From Blastocladiella emersonii ATCC 22665 (Eukaryota; Fungi; Blastocladiomycota), in contig JANHCV010000007.1 of NCBI GenBank assembly GCA_025594325.1, forward strand, positions 620,001 to 684,000: a stretch of DNA of 64,000 nucleotides, in the 5' to 3' direction. Below the pieces are notes generated by a model, which was not told where the DNA came from, made no database searches, and was given only the letters and a program-made list of their open reading frames with translations. Position numbers and translations under genes: made by a program. Shown here one piece after another: positions 1-9,839 of this stretch; position 1 is the first letter of the stretch; each line of letters begins with the position of its first letter.

Positions 1-195
1 AAGGCGACAGCTTTGATCAAGGATCACCCGAATCCAAACACGTTTGGTGAGAGTCAACATGGCGGCGTCGGAGAGCTCGCGAGTGGCCGTGCAAAGAGCG
101 CGACATGGGGCAGCGAGCTGGACGACATAAGCAAGAAGTTCCGCTGGGAGTCTCGTCAACGTCAAATTGATCCCAGGCACATCCCGCCTAGTTGA
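1..195 (+). CDS. 3' end of an unidentified ORF running in from the window edge
   Basis: Frame is open from nt 1 (KATALIKDHPNP...) to TGA at 193-195; no recognisable motif. Confidence 0.25.
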   Translation, partial: KATALIKDHPNPNTFGESQHGGVGELASGRAKSATWGSELDDISKKFRWESRQRQIDPRHIPPS

Positions 196-315
196 TTGCA
201 TCAAGTTTCGCTCCATGGTAGCCGATACATCGAGAGTTTTAGCGGGGTGAAGCAGTGAGCGCATCGGTCGTCGCTCGCTTGCCAGCCAGCCAGCGCCAGT
301 CACCTGGCCTGTCAC

Positions 316-824
316 ATGATTTCTCGACGCGTCTCGCAGTTAATCTCGCTTGGTTGCATCCCGTCCGGCGCGTCGCGCGGCGGCTGGGAGTACTTTGGCG
401 GGATCTCCGATGTCGTCCGGCGGCTTCCGCGGCGGTCCGCCCGCAGGCGCCGGCGCGTCGCGCGGCGGTTCGCGCGGCGGCTGGGAGTACTATGGCGCGA
501 TCCCATGCCCGATGCCGTCCGGTCTCTTCCGCGGCGGGCGGCCCACGGACGCCGGCGCGTCGGCCGCCGCGACCGCGGCCGAAAACCACGGCGACAGCGG
601 CGCACCCCCCGCTCATGTACGCGTACGTGCGCCCGCCGTGCTGGAACTGCTGCGCGCCTGCCGGCTTCTTCGCTCCCGCGGCTGCCGCCGCCGAGTCGGT
701 TGCTGCTCCTGGGGTACCCGGTGCTCGCGCGCGCGGCGGGGCGCCGCCGCCCCTGCAGAACTACAGCCCGTACGGCCCCGGCTACGGCTACGGCTACGGC
801 TACCACGGTACTACGCAGTACTAA
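316..824 (+). pseudogene. RGG/GY-rich low-complexity gene with apparent frameshifts (or assembly indels)
   Basis: Unit GASRGGWEY[F/Y]G..PM[S/P]SG[G/L]FRGG is duplicated across two frames; a third frame gives MYAYVRPPCWNCC...YGPGYGYGYGYHGTTQY* (615-824). Confidence 0.3.
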
Positions 825-1424
825 GGCGGGCGCGAGGCATCCGTCGGTGGGGCAGTGCTGCTGGTGCTGTCCAAGAGTTTGTTGTTGATTCCCTCCCCTT
901 TTGTTTCTATCTGTCTTGTTGTCCTCGGAGTTGTCCTGTTGGTCCACAGCCTGTAAATTTCTCGTGACTCGTCCGTGTCCGTGTCCGTGTCCGCGTCCGC
1001 GTCAACGTTCCGCGTCAACGATCTCAAAGTGAAGAGAAGAACGAGCCGCGAGAGCCTCGTGGCCGTGGCCGTGGCCGTGCCGTGGCCCCTTTTGCCGTCA
1101 CGACCAGCTCGCTTCTGCACACGTCCACTGGAGAGGATGATCGCATATTGCGACTGCAACCCCATGCAGCTTCTCGGTCGTGCCGCGCGCACCCGAACGC
1201 GGCGTCGCCTTCAAATAGCGGTGCTCGATGAGGCCGAGTGGCGCGACGCGTCCGTCCATCAAGGGGACTGACCTGACGGCCAAGGTTGGCGCCGAGCGCT
1301 CCTCTCCCCGCTCTTCCTCGACCGACTCGACCATGCAACTTGATGCAAACAACTCATCGCATCCTTACTCAGACGTCAGAGATATTGGAACATGAGATAA
1401 AACTATATTGATCACCGAGCTGAA

Positions 1425-1830
1425 CTACTCCTCGTCGTCGAAGCTGGTCACCGAGGTGACGCCGCCGTTGCACGACCCGTTGTTGCCGCCACGGTTGCCG
1501 CCACGGTTTCCACCGCGGTTGCCGCCGTTGTTCCCACCCTGGTTGCCGTCGCGCTGGCCGCGGCCGCCGCGACCCGCACCGTTACCAGGCTGGCCGGCGC
1601 CGGGCTGGCCCTGACGCGGGTCGTTCGCACCGTTGCCGTTGCCGTTGCCGTTGCCAGGCTGGCGACCGTTGCCGTTACCCGCACCGTTTCCGGGCTGGCC
1701 AGCACCGGGCTGACCGGCGCCGGGCTGACCCTGGCGCGGGTCGTTGGCGCCGTTACCGTTCCCGGGCTGGCGACCGTTGCCGTTACCCGTACCGTTGCCA
1801 GGCTGGCCGCCGCGGCCGCCGCCGTTAGCG
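1425..1830 (-). repeat. Coding tandem repeats in the protease tail (GRQPGNGNG, ANDPRQGQPGAGQPG, NRGG)
   Basis: ANDPRQGQPGAGQPG occurs twice, GRQPGNGNG twice and NRGG three times in the translation. Confidence 0.85.
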
Positions 1831-3065
1831 AGCGCCGGGTCCATGAACAGGAACTTGTTGGGGGTGCCGCGGAGGTTACCCTTGACGACGTCGGGGGTCG
1901 CGTCGGCGAGGAGCTTCTGCTGGGCCTGCTGCGCGCTCATACCCTGCGAGCGGAGCGCGGCGACGACGCCGGCGACGTGGGGCGTGGCCATGGAGGTGCC
2001 CGAGAGCGACTTGGAGCCCGTGGACTTGGCGTCGACCGACTGGATGTTGACGCCGGGGGCGACGATATCGACGCACCGGCCGACGTTCGAGAAGGACGCG
2101 ATCTGGTCGTTGCGCGGGTCGGACGCGCCGACCGTGATGGCCTCGGGGATGAAGGCCGGCGACACGTTGCACGCGTCCTGCGACTCGTTGCCCGCGGCCA
2201 CGACCACGTTGACGCCCTGCTGGACCAGCGACTGGATCGCGCGCGCCATCGTGCTGTCGCCGTTGCCGCCCGCGCGCGGGCCGCCGAGCGACATGGACAC
2301 GACCGACGGCTTGCGCGTGCGCTGCACGTCCTGCGACACGGCCTGCAGCGCGCGCAGAATCGCCGTGTTCGAGCCGCGGCCCGACCGGTCGAAGACCTTG
2401 AGCGCAACGAGCTCGGCCTTCTTGGCGACGCCGAACGTGCCGCCGCCGATCGTGCCGGCGCAGTGCGACCCGTGGCCCTGCTGGTCGCTGTTGCCCTCGC
2501 CCGTAAAGTCCTGGAGGAACCGGGCGCGGCCCTGGAAATCGGGGTGCTGGGTGTTGATGCCCGTGTCGATGACGTAGACGGCGACGCCCTGGCCGGCGTT
2601 GTCGGGGAACGTGAAGGACCCGTCGGTGCCGCGGCGCGCGTCGATGCGGTCGAGACCCGCGGGCGCGTTGCGCTGCGCGCCCATGATCTTGTACTCGGCC
2701 TCCTTCTCGACGGCCGACACGGCGGCCAGCTTGGCGAGCTCGGCCTTGAGCTTCGGGTCCGCCGCCGGCATCGTCATCGCGCGGTACTTGTCGCCGATCT
2801 GGATCACCTCGGCCTGGTCGGCCGCGATCGACGACACGCCCTTGGACGCGTAGAAGTCGAGAATCAGCTTCTTGGCGGCGGCCATGTCGGCGTCGCTCTT
2901 GAACTCGATGATCCACTCGCCCGACGCGGCCGGCGCGGCGGACGCCGAGCCGAGGAGCACAAAGGCGATCATCGCGACCAGCGCGAGGACCGACCAGCGG
3001 CGGGGAGCGAAGGTGCGGCGAACAGCCGAGGTGGCGGAGCGGGTGGCGGTGTTGTTGCGGGGCAT
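1425..3065 (-). CDS. Secreted subtilisin-like serine protease (S8A, proteinase K type) with I9 propeptide and G/N/Q/P-rich C-terminal tail
   Basis: Signal peptide (WSVLALVAMIAFVLLGSASA). Catalytic triad motifs VYVIDTG, HGSHCAG and GTSMATPHVAG; oxyanion AAGN; intronless 546 aa ORF. Confidence 0.95.
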   Translation of the reverse strand: MPRNNTATRSATSAVRRTFAPRRWSVLALVAMIAFVLLGSASAAPAASGEWIIEFKSDADMAAAKKLILDFYASKGVSSIAADQAEVIQIGDKYRAMTMPAADPKLKAELAKLAAVSAVEKEAEYKIMGAQRNAPAGLDRIDARRGTDGSFTFPDNAGQGVAVYVIDTGINTQHPDFQGRARFLQDFTGEGNSDQQGHGSHCAGTIGGGTFGVAKKAELVALKVFDRSGRGSNTAILRALQAVSQDVQRTRKPSVVSMSLGGPRAGGNGDSTMARAIQSLVQQGVNVVVAAGNESQDACNVSPAFIPEAITVGASDPRNDQIASFSNVGRCVDIVAPGVNIQSVDAKSTGSKSLSGTSMATPHVAGVVAALRSQGMSAQQAQQKLLADATPDVVKGNLRGTPNKFLFMDPALANGGGRGGQPGNGTGNGNGRQPGNGNGANDPRQGQPGAGQPGAGQPGNGAGNGNGRQPGNGNGNGNGANDPRQGQPGAGQPGNGAGRGGRGQRDGNQGGNNGGNRGGNRGGNRGGNNGSCNGGVTSVTSFDDEE

Positions 3066-4063
3066 GGTGGTAATGGTGATGGGTTTAGGGGTGGTGTGTG
3101 GGGTGGGAACGACCAGCGTCTACGTGGTTGTAAGGGAAGAGGTGGTGGAGTCGAAGCCTGCGACGCGTATACTCGTCTAGAGTAGTTGAGGTACTGAACA
3201 AAGATGAGGGCAGCGGGGGAGGCCCGGTATTTAACTCCCCCGCGCTCCCGCCCCCACGTCGCACGCTTCGTGCTCGCGCCGCGCAAGAATAGCCATCGCC
3301 ACCCTTGTCCCTGTGCGTGCGGCGCCCTTGCGTCTCGACTTCAGTGCGCGACCGACGGCGTAGTGGCTGAGGAAGTGGCGCATTGCGCGGGCGGTGGCGC
3401 GGTCGCCGCGCTCGCGCGGGGGACCCGTTAGGGTGAAACGAGGCGCGCCGCGCGCGCGGTGCGCGGATTGGCTGAGCCACTACTCACTGGCGTGCGGGGA
3501 CGCCAAGTCATGACGAGAGACGCGCGCGCGTGGTTGTCCCTCAAACGTGAGCGGGCGTCGCAGACGACGTGTACCGCAACACGAGGCGAAGCGGCTTTTG
3601 TTGGACTCACTCAAACAGACAGCGAACAGTCGTTCAGGCCCGGTTTCGGGCGGCGGGTTTCGAGTTGATGGCCAGAGTCATGGTTGATCGGACGCGTGAT
3701 CCCGCGAGGCGAGGTCGGGCGGGTGGCGCGACGCGTCTCGCAGCGACGCGCGAGACCGCCAGCGGTGCAGGCCGTGTCCGAGCTCGATGGCATTTTCGCG
3801 GTCCTGGATGGAGGTTCGCGAATGAGCTTGCCTCCGAGCTTGAGTGGTATCGGGAGACTTTAGTTGAGAGGAGTCGCGAGCGAGGCCATCGGAAGTCGTT
3901 GCTTGGACGCGAGGTTCGCGAATCGATTCTGCCTCAATACTTGACCGACCAGTCCGAAGCTTCGAAGCCTCCCGCTCGACATGCGCATGAAGACGATGGT
4001 AATAAACTCTTTTGTGACCAAACTCCATGCATACGCAACAACAAAACAAAAACTACCCGCTGC

Positions 4064-6848
4064 TCAGACCCGGAACCGCTGCCGGAGCGCCTGCTGGGAC
4101 GCCTGCGGGACGGCAGCGATGATGCGCTCCCACTGCTGCGGACCGCACATATCCTTGTACGCGTTGGCGACGCCGACAAACTGCTCCTCGGTCTGTGGTG
4201 CGACGACCTGGTAGTGGACGAGGGCGTCGAGGAAGACGGGGAGGACAGGGACGAGTCCCGCGGGGTTGGCCTGGATGATCTTGAGGAAGCCGAGGAACGA
4301 GGCCTCCTTTTCGGGTCCGTCGCGGGTGTTGATCATCTGCGTGGCCCACACGCCGCCGAACCGGTTGAGGTCCTTGGCGAGGAGCTCGGGCGCGATGTTG
4401 CCGAGGCGGCCGGCGGCGAGCGCGCAGTTCTCGGCGAGCATGGCGGGGGGCTCGCGGCCGTGGCGGTTGCACAGGATGGCCAGGATCCGGTCCCACAGCG
4501 CGGGCGCGACGCGCTGCATCTCGAGCCCGAGCCGGTCCGTGAGCTCGGCGCACACCCACACGGCGTTGTTGGACAGCCGCAGCCACGACTGCTCGTCCGA
4601 CGACTGGATGTAGTTGATGGCGACGGCCAAGAAATCGTGCGCGTACGGGCGCACGTGGATGAAGCTGTTGACGACCAGGTCGCCGAACATGCCGAGCGCC
4701 GACTGCTTGACGGCGGGCAGCGGGTCCTCGAGCGTGAGCTTGAGGCACGTCATGAGGTCGTGCTGGTACATCTGGACGAGCGACTCGGACGACGCGCCGA
4801 GGCCCTGCACGACGCCGGCGATCAGGTCGAGCGACACAATGTAGTAGTCGCGGTTGGGCTCGGGCACCTGGGCGGGGTTCTTGGCGTGCTCCTCGATCGC
4901 CACGTACGTCTTCTGGATGATGCGGATGCACCGCTCGACGACGCCCTTGGCCTGCGGCGAGAACCCGATGCCGAGCGCGATGGCGACGGAGGCGAGGCAC
5001 TCGAACAGGGCGAGGAGGGTCTCGTTCTCGTCGCTGAGCGCGTTCCACTGGCCCATGAGCACGGGGACGAGCACGTTGATGTACTCGGGCCGGTTGAGCT
5101 CACCCCCAACGGCCTCGGCGAGCGTCGACGTGCAGTCGTACAGCACGAGCATGTTTCGCCGCTGGTAGTGCTGGAAGCAGGTGATGAGCGTGGGCAGGAT
5201 GGCGGGGATGTAGGGCGCGATGTTGGGCCCGGCGGCCTCCTCGAGCGTCGCGAGCCCGGAGCAGCTGGCCTCCTGCACCTTCTTGTTGCCGTGCTTGCAG
5301 TTGGCGAGCAGGCCCTCGACAAACTGCGGGAGAAACGACGAGCCCTCGTAGATGATCCAGTTGGCGAACCGGCCGAGCGCCCACGCCGTGATGCTGCGGA
5401 CGAGCGGGCGGTCCTGCAGCATGTTGAGCAGGTACGGCACGAGCTGCGGCAGGTGCACGGCGATGCCCTCCATGCACCCCTCGGCCGTGGCGCCGAGCGC
5501 GAGGATCCCGGACTCGCGCACCAGCCAGTCTTTGCTCGAAAGCCGCTCGTGCAGGAGCGGGAGCAGCGTCTCGAGGATGGCGGGCCCGTACACGTTGGCG
5601 AGCGTGTCGAGGGCGGCGGCCGAGCACTTGCGCAGGGTCCACTGGTTCACGGCGTCGTCCTCGTCGTCGTCGTCGTCCATGTCGAGGTCGCTCTCGTCCG
5701 ACTCGGCCGCCGCGGCGTTCGGATCGCGCGGCGCGCTGCTGCCGCTGCTGGCGTCGTGCGACTTGCCGCGGTAGTGGCGGGGCTTGAGGTCCTGGTCGGC
5801 GTCGGGGACGTGGGCGTCGTCCTCGTCGCCGCCGAGCTCCTCGAGCTCCTCCGCGGAATACACCATGCGCGAGAGGAGCGTCGGGACGAGCTGCGGGAGG
5901 TACTGGGCGAGGGTGTCGGCGTAGTCGGGGTGCTCGGCGATGACGAGCCAGAACTCGCACGCCTCGAGGGCGATGGCGAGGTCGGCGTTCTGGGTGCAGG
6001 TGATCATGTAGGCGATGATGTCGTCGAGCTGCGCCTCGAGCTTGTCGGGGCGGAACTCGAGGATCTTGACCAGGCAGTAGCACACGGCCTTGCGCAGCTC
6101 GGCCGAGGGTTCCATGGCGCGCGAGAAGAGGCTGGGCAGGAACGCGTCGATGCCGCGGTCGACGACGTGCGTCTCGCCGTGCACGAGCTCCGAGATACTG
6201 CGGATCGCGTCGACGGCGACGCGCTCGTTGGGCGACGGGACGAGCGCCGTGAGCCGCGGCAGCAGCGTGGCCAGGGGCTGCTTGGGCGACAGGATCAGGT
6301 CGTCGCTGTCGTCCTCGCACACCTTGTGCACGGTCGACAGCGCGGCGTTGAACGCCGGGTGGGCCGGGTCGGCGAGCAGGTCGCACAGGCGCGCGAGGGC
6401 CTCGGGCCACCCGTCGATGCGGACCTGCGACAGCAGGAACGAGATGAGGGTGCCGGCGACCTTGTTCACGTCGTCGTCGCGGTCGCCCAGCACGCTCAGC
6501 ACGGCGTGCTTGACGTACTGGAGCACGGCCGGCTGCACGACGCGCAGATAGTTGATGAGGTACGACTTGAGCGCGTAGCCCGCCACGGTGCGCAGGTGCG
6601 CCGGGTGGCCCGACGTGCCGGCCAGGATCGTCGCCAGGTAGCACGGGAACTCGGGCAGGTTGGTCGCGAGGTTGTGCATTTCCTGTTGAGCGGGGATGGT
6701 CGTGGTTAGCACGGCCGGTCTGGCGCCGATCTTTTCCGCAGAACCGTACCTGCTGCACGTGGCGCTGGACCTCGTTGTCGAGGCTGTGGCCGCCGACGAG
6801 GAGGTCGGCGATCGTCGCGAGCCCTTCGGGCTGGGGCTGCCACGTCAT
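4064..6848 (-). CDS. KAP104: Transportin-1 / karyopherin beta-2 (2 exons: 6848-6750, 6682-4064)
   Basis: N-terminus MTWQPQPEGL. GT-AG intron 6749-6683 keeps the frame. HEAT repeats, ALEACEFW, acidic H8 loop followed by WTLRKCSAAALD, RESGILALGA. Confidence 0.95.
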
Positions 6849-7273
6849 GATGGTGCTGCTGCTGTTGCGGGAGGTGGCGGTGGTGGTTGCGGAATCGTGG
6901 TGTCGGCGGAATGAAGGCGGCAGGCGACGGCGGGCCGCGTGCGGGGGATCGCAGTGTGCTGACAGCGACGGCAAGCGACGAGAGTGCGTGATGCGTAGCG
7001 ATTCCGTGAGCGCGGCGACGGCGGCGGGTGCAATCCAATCCGGTCTCCAAGAAGAACGAGAGGAGGGGAGGGGAGCGAGTCGCGACGAGGCTTGCCCTGC
7101 TCTGACCACCGCGAGGCCGGCGAGCAAACGAGATGAGCGGCGTCAGCTGATCCCACCTGACGCGATTCCAGGCGCGATTTCGCGTCACCCCTGGTTGCTC
7201 TCGTTCGAGGGGAATGCCGCGAAATTTGTCCAGTATATTCCAAATGGGTCTCTCCGATATCTGACGTGGTCGC

Positions 7274-7892
7274 TTACTCGGTTGGGCCCCTACAGTCGGC
7301 GCGGCGGCCGCGTGAGTCTCGCGTCGCGTGTGATCGGGCGGCGGCGGGACGTACTCGCCGCCGGGAATGAGCTACAGGGTGAGACAGGGTCAGGTTAGCT
7401 CAGTTGGGAGAGTAGAGAGCGGGTGGGGACGCGTGCCATGACCACGGAGCTGCCGTTGAGCAGGATCTGCTTGATCTGCGTCGGGATGAGGCCGCCCGCC
7501 GCGTCGCGGGAGCTACGAGGAACTGTCAGCGACACGCCCACCGAGCAAACACGTCCCGACACGTACTACTCGACCACGTCCTCAAGGACCATGTCTACAC
7601 GGCGGAGGGCGCACTTGGTCAGCCCGACACCCCCAAGACGGCCTCGCCCGCGATACGCACTCACAAAGTCGTCGAACCCGATCAGCGTGCCGGTAAACTC
7701 CTTCTCGTTGCGCATCACCACCCATATCCGCGACCCGATGCACTTGTCGATGAGCTCTGCGTGCGGGCGAGCGTCGTCGATCGGGGAGACGGCGTCGCGT
7801 CAGTTCCAGTTCCGGTTCCCGCCAGCGGTCGGTCCATTCATGCTGATGACATTGCACCCACCGAGAGGGAGAAGCTGCGATGGATTGGCCAT
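7274..7892 (-). CDS. LSM5: U6 snRNA-associated Sm-like protein Lsm5 (6 exons: 7892-7862, 7756-7661, 7594-7567, 7512-7437, 7371-7355, 7289-7274)
   Basis: Manual splicing gives 87 aa: [52 protein letters not shown]...[21 protein letters not shown]. One intron is GC-AG. Confidence 0.93.
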
Positions 7893-8077
7893 GTTCGGGT
7901 GTGGTCAAGATTCATTCGCGGGAGAAGCAACCAAGGTCGGCGCAGCGCGAGAGTCAAGTCTCCTCGCCCTTTACCTTGCTTTCGCCTGTCCGACCTCGCC
8001 AACGAGAGACTGGCTGCAAGGGCTTTATGACAATCGCTTATATGCTTTGAAAGAGGTCAACAGGGTATCCTTAGTCG

Positions 8078-9183
8078 TCAGTCGAACGAGGGTAGCGCCG
8101 ACATGTGGTACCCGCTCGCTCCCTACCCGCTTGCTCGCGTCAGTCTCAGAACCACAACCCCACCTCAGAGCACGCGCACCTTGAGGGCCATGTAAATGTA
8201 AAACGAGACGTAGGCGCCCGGGAAGAAGGTGAAGAGCGCGAGCAGGCCGAACAGGAGCCCGCGCTGCGGCTCGGCCGTGATGGTCCAGATGAACACGGAC
8301 AGGAATGCGGAACCGACCAGCAGCAGGAACAGCGCCGTCACGATGGTCCGCGGGTACCGCGCGAGCAGCGGGCTGCGCCAGACCCTACGGTTTGATGGGG
8401 ATGGGTCAGTTGGGAGGGGGATCGGTGAGAGGAGGGGTGGGAGCGTACGGCGTGCTGGGATCCCCGCGGAGCGTGTCGTCGTCGAGGAGGTACACGTAGG
8501 GGCTGCGTCGTGCGCGCGGCGAGTGTTAGCGGATCGAGGTCGCGGGATGCTCGTCACAGTGAAGCGGCGCACTTTTCGGAGCGGCCAAAGATGACCGATT
8601 TGACCTACACAAGGACTCGCACGCGTCAGCGTCGTCCTTCTCGCGCACCAGCGAGTCGTACAAACGAGACGGGACCCACGCTCACCACCTGACCCGCCTC
8701 GGGCGAAACAGGTGAGCCGAGGTACGACGGCACATCGTAGGCACGCAACGAGGCTAGTACCGATTGCTGCTGCGCGGCGCTGCCGCCGCCGCCCGGCACG
8801 AGCGGCTTCCCCGTTGTCGATGTGGGCGAACGCCGGTGGTGCTCGGACCCGAGCAGCGCAGCGTGCGACCTGGACGGCAGCTCGCCCTGGCTCGCAACCG
8901 CCTTCTTATCCGTCGTGGCGGAGTGGAACGCGGCGAGCGTCGGCGACATGGCGGCCACGGGCGAGTGCCGCGTGGGGGACATGGGCGGCGCGGTGCCGTC
9001 CGCGACGGCGGCCTCGGTGCGCAGAGCCGACCCGCTCCGCGCGTGGACCGACGCGCCCGAGGCCAGGGCCACGTCGGACCCGTACTGGTCGCCGGTCGCG
9101 GGCTGGATGCTCGTCCGCCGCACGGGGACCGGTGACGACGCGGTGTTGCTGCTGCCCGCGTAGCGGGAGTTGGTGTCTGACAT
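8078..9183 (-). CDS. TMEM134/TMEM230-like (DUF872) two-TM membrane protein, multi-exon
   Basis: Low-complexity N-terminal exon (ORF 8626-9183). Hydrophobic core PLLARYPRTIVTALFLLLVG...FFPGAYVSFYIYMALK. Last exon GASGYHMSALPSFD* follows a GT-AG intron. Confidence 0.7.
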
Positions 9184-9700
9184 GGTTGCTTCACTAGCGA
9201 TGATTCATGGGATCGACGTGCGATGCGACGAGGGGGAGCCGACGACCTCCGAAGCGAATGCAGGCGGGGCGGAAAACGTGTCCCGCGCGCGCGTCGCGCA
9301 CGGCTCACCTGACCGCGGCCGCCGCGCGTTTGTCTCTGGCCGGGTGCGAGACACGCGCTATAATTAGCCGGGTTGCCCTCTCCCGCCGCAAAGCACGGCC
9401 TTGACCGCCGCGCCCTCGAAGAATTTGATCGGGGCGGCGAGCGCGCGATCAATTGGCCAATCACGGCCTACGCCGCCGCCGTGGAGGCCAGGGTTGAGCG
9501 CTCCGTTGCGGCAGCGCGCCGCGTCGCCACACCGGCCGGGTCGGCCGTCGCCGTGGTCGGTGGGTCGCGCCTGCCGCTCCTGTGCGCCGTCGACAGCGAT
9601 CGAGTTGATTGGAGTGCCGCGCGGCGGCCACGGGGGACCAGCAGCTCAAGCCGGGGCGGCGCCTCTGCTCCTGCCCTCCTTTCCCCGCACATCCTCCCCT

Positions 9701-9758
9701 CTCTCTCCCTCTCTCTCCCTCTCTCTCCCTCTCTCTCCCTCTCTCTCCCTCTCTCTCA
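9701..9758 (+). repeat. (CTCTCTCCCT)5 decamer tandem repeat
   Basis: Five exact 10-nt copies at 9701-9750 plus one partial copy, upstream of the channel start. Confidence 0.9.
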
Positions 9759-9839
9759 CTCGCAAACCCTCCCTCCCCCTTCCACCTCAGAGCCCCCATA
9801 GAGCGCCGGCATACCCTGCCCGCCCACCCACTGCCTGCA

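Noticed and set aside
3569-6709. 1046-aa plus-strand ORF
   Set aside because: Antisense shadow of the GC-rich transportin CDS; the same applies to 11917-13854, 23546-25711, 55949-57664 and 57735-60146.
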